A DNA stretch of 64,000 nt from Macrostomum hystrix. Taxonomy: Eukaryota; Animalia; Platyhelminthes. The position numbers were made by a program, and so were the translations under genes. The notes below the pieces were generated by a model. It was not told where the DNA came from, ran no database searches, and was given only the letters and a program-made list of their open reading frames with translations. The stretch lies in contig CATNEN010000001.1 in the NCBI GenBank assembly GCA_950097015.1, positions 11,408,001-11,472,000 on the forward strand, in the 5' to 3' direction. This document shows, piece by piece, positions 63,776 to 64,000 of the stretch (position 1 is the stretch's first letter; each line of letters begins with the position of its first letter).

Positions 63776-64000
63776 TCGTGTCTAACATTGTTAGTTAAGC
63801 ATCGTGTCTAACATTGTCAGTTAAGCATCGTCTAACATTGTTAGTTAAGCATCGTGTCTAACATTGTCAGTTAAGCATCGTGTCTAACATTGTTAGTTAA
63901 GCATCGTGTCTAACATTGTCAGTTAAGCATCGTGTCTAACATTGTCAGTTAAGCATCGTGTCTAACATTGTTAGTTAAGCATCGTGTCTAACATTGTCAG
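63776..64000. repeat. 26-bp minisatellite (tcgtgtctaacattgtc/tagttaagca)n, runs off the window
   Basis: Direct tandem periodicity. Confidence 0.93.

Overview
Eukaryotic (metazoan) genomic DNA. GC-rich, polyQ-rich exons are separated by AT-rich introns packed with 15-35 bp minisatellites. The style suggests a free-living flatworm such as Macrostomum; this is an inference, not verified. Four spliced genes lie on the minus strand, reconstructed by hand from GT-AG sites with matching phases. (1) A ~2170-aa protein with 35 near-identical, combinatorially varied 33-aa ankyrin-type repeats, spliced in frame to a Mab-21/cGAS-like (cGLR) nucleotidyltransferase with intact catalytic motifs (3281-10474/10612). 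(2) pecanex, 7 exons (15400-27390). (3) tRNA dimethylallyltransferase TRIT1/Mod5, 4 exons (29171-32631). (4) A PAS-PAS-polyQ/LxxLL nuclear receptor coactivator (NCOA/SRC/taiman family, 39045-62848), whose bHLH exon(s) should lie beyond the right edge. The ANK-cGLR gene sits between two copies of a duplicated block (1-1827 and 13074-14970) and shows signs of repeat shuffling and amino-acid-changing divergence. It is the best candidate for an undescribed system: a diversifying repeat-sensor coupled to a cyclic-nucleotide-synthase fold. Most ORFs in the supplied track are translations of satellites or antisense shadows of real exons.
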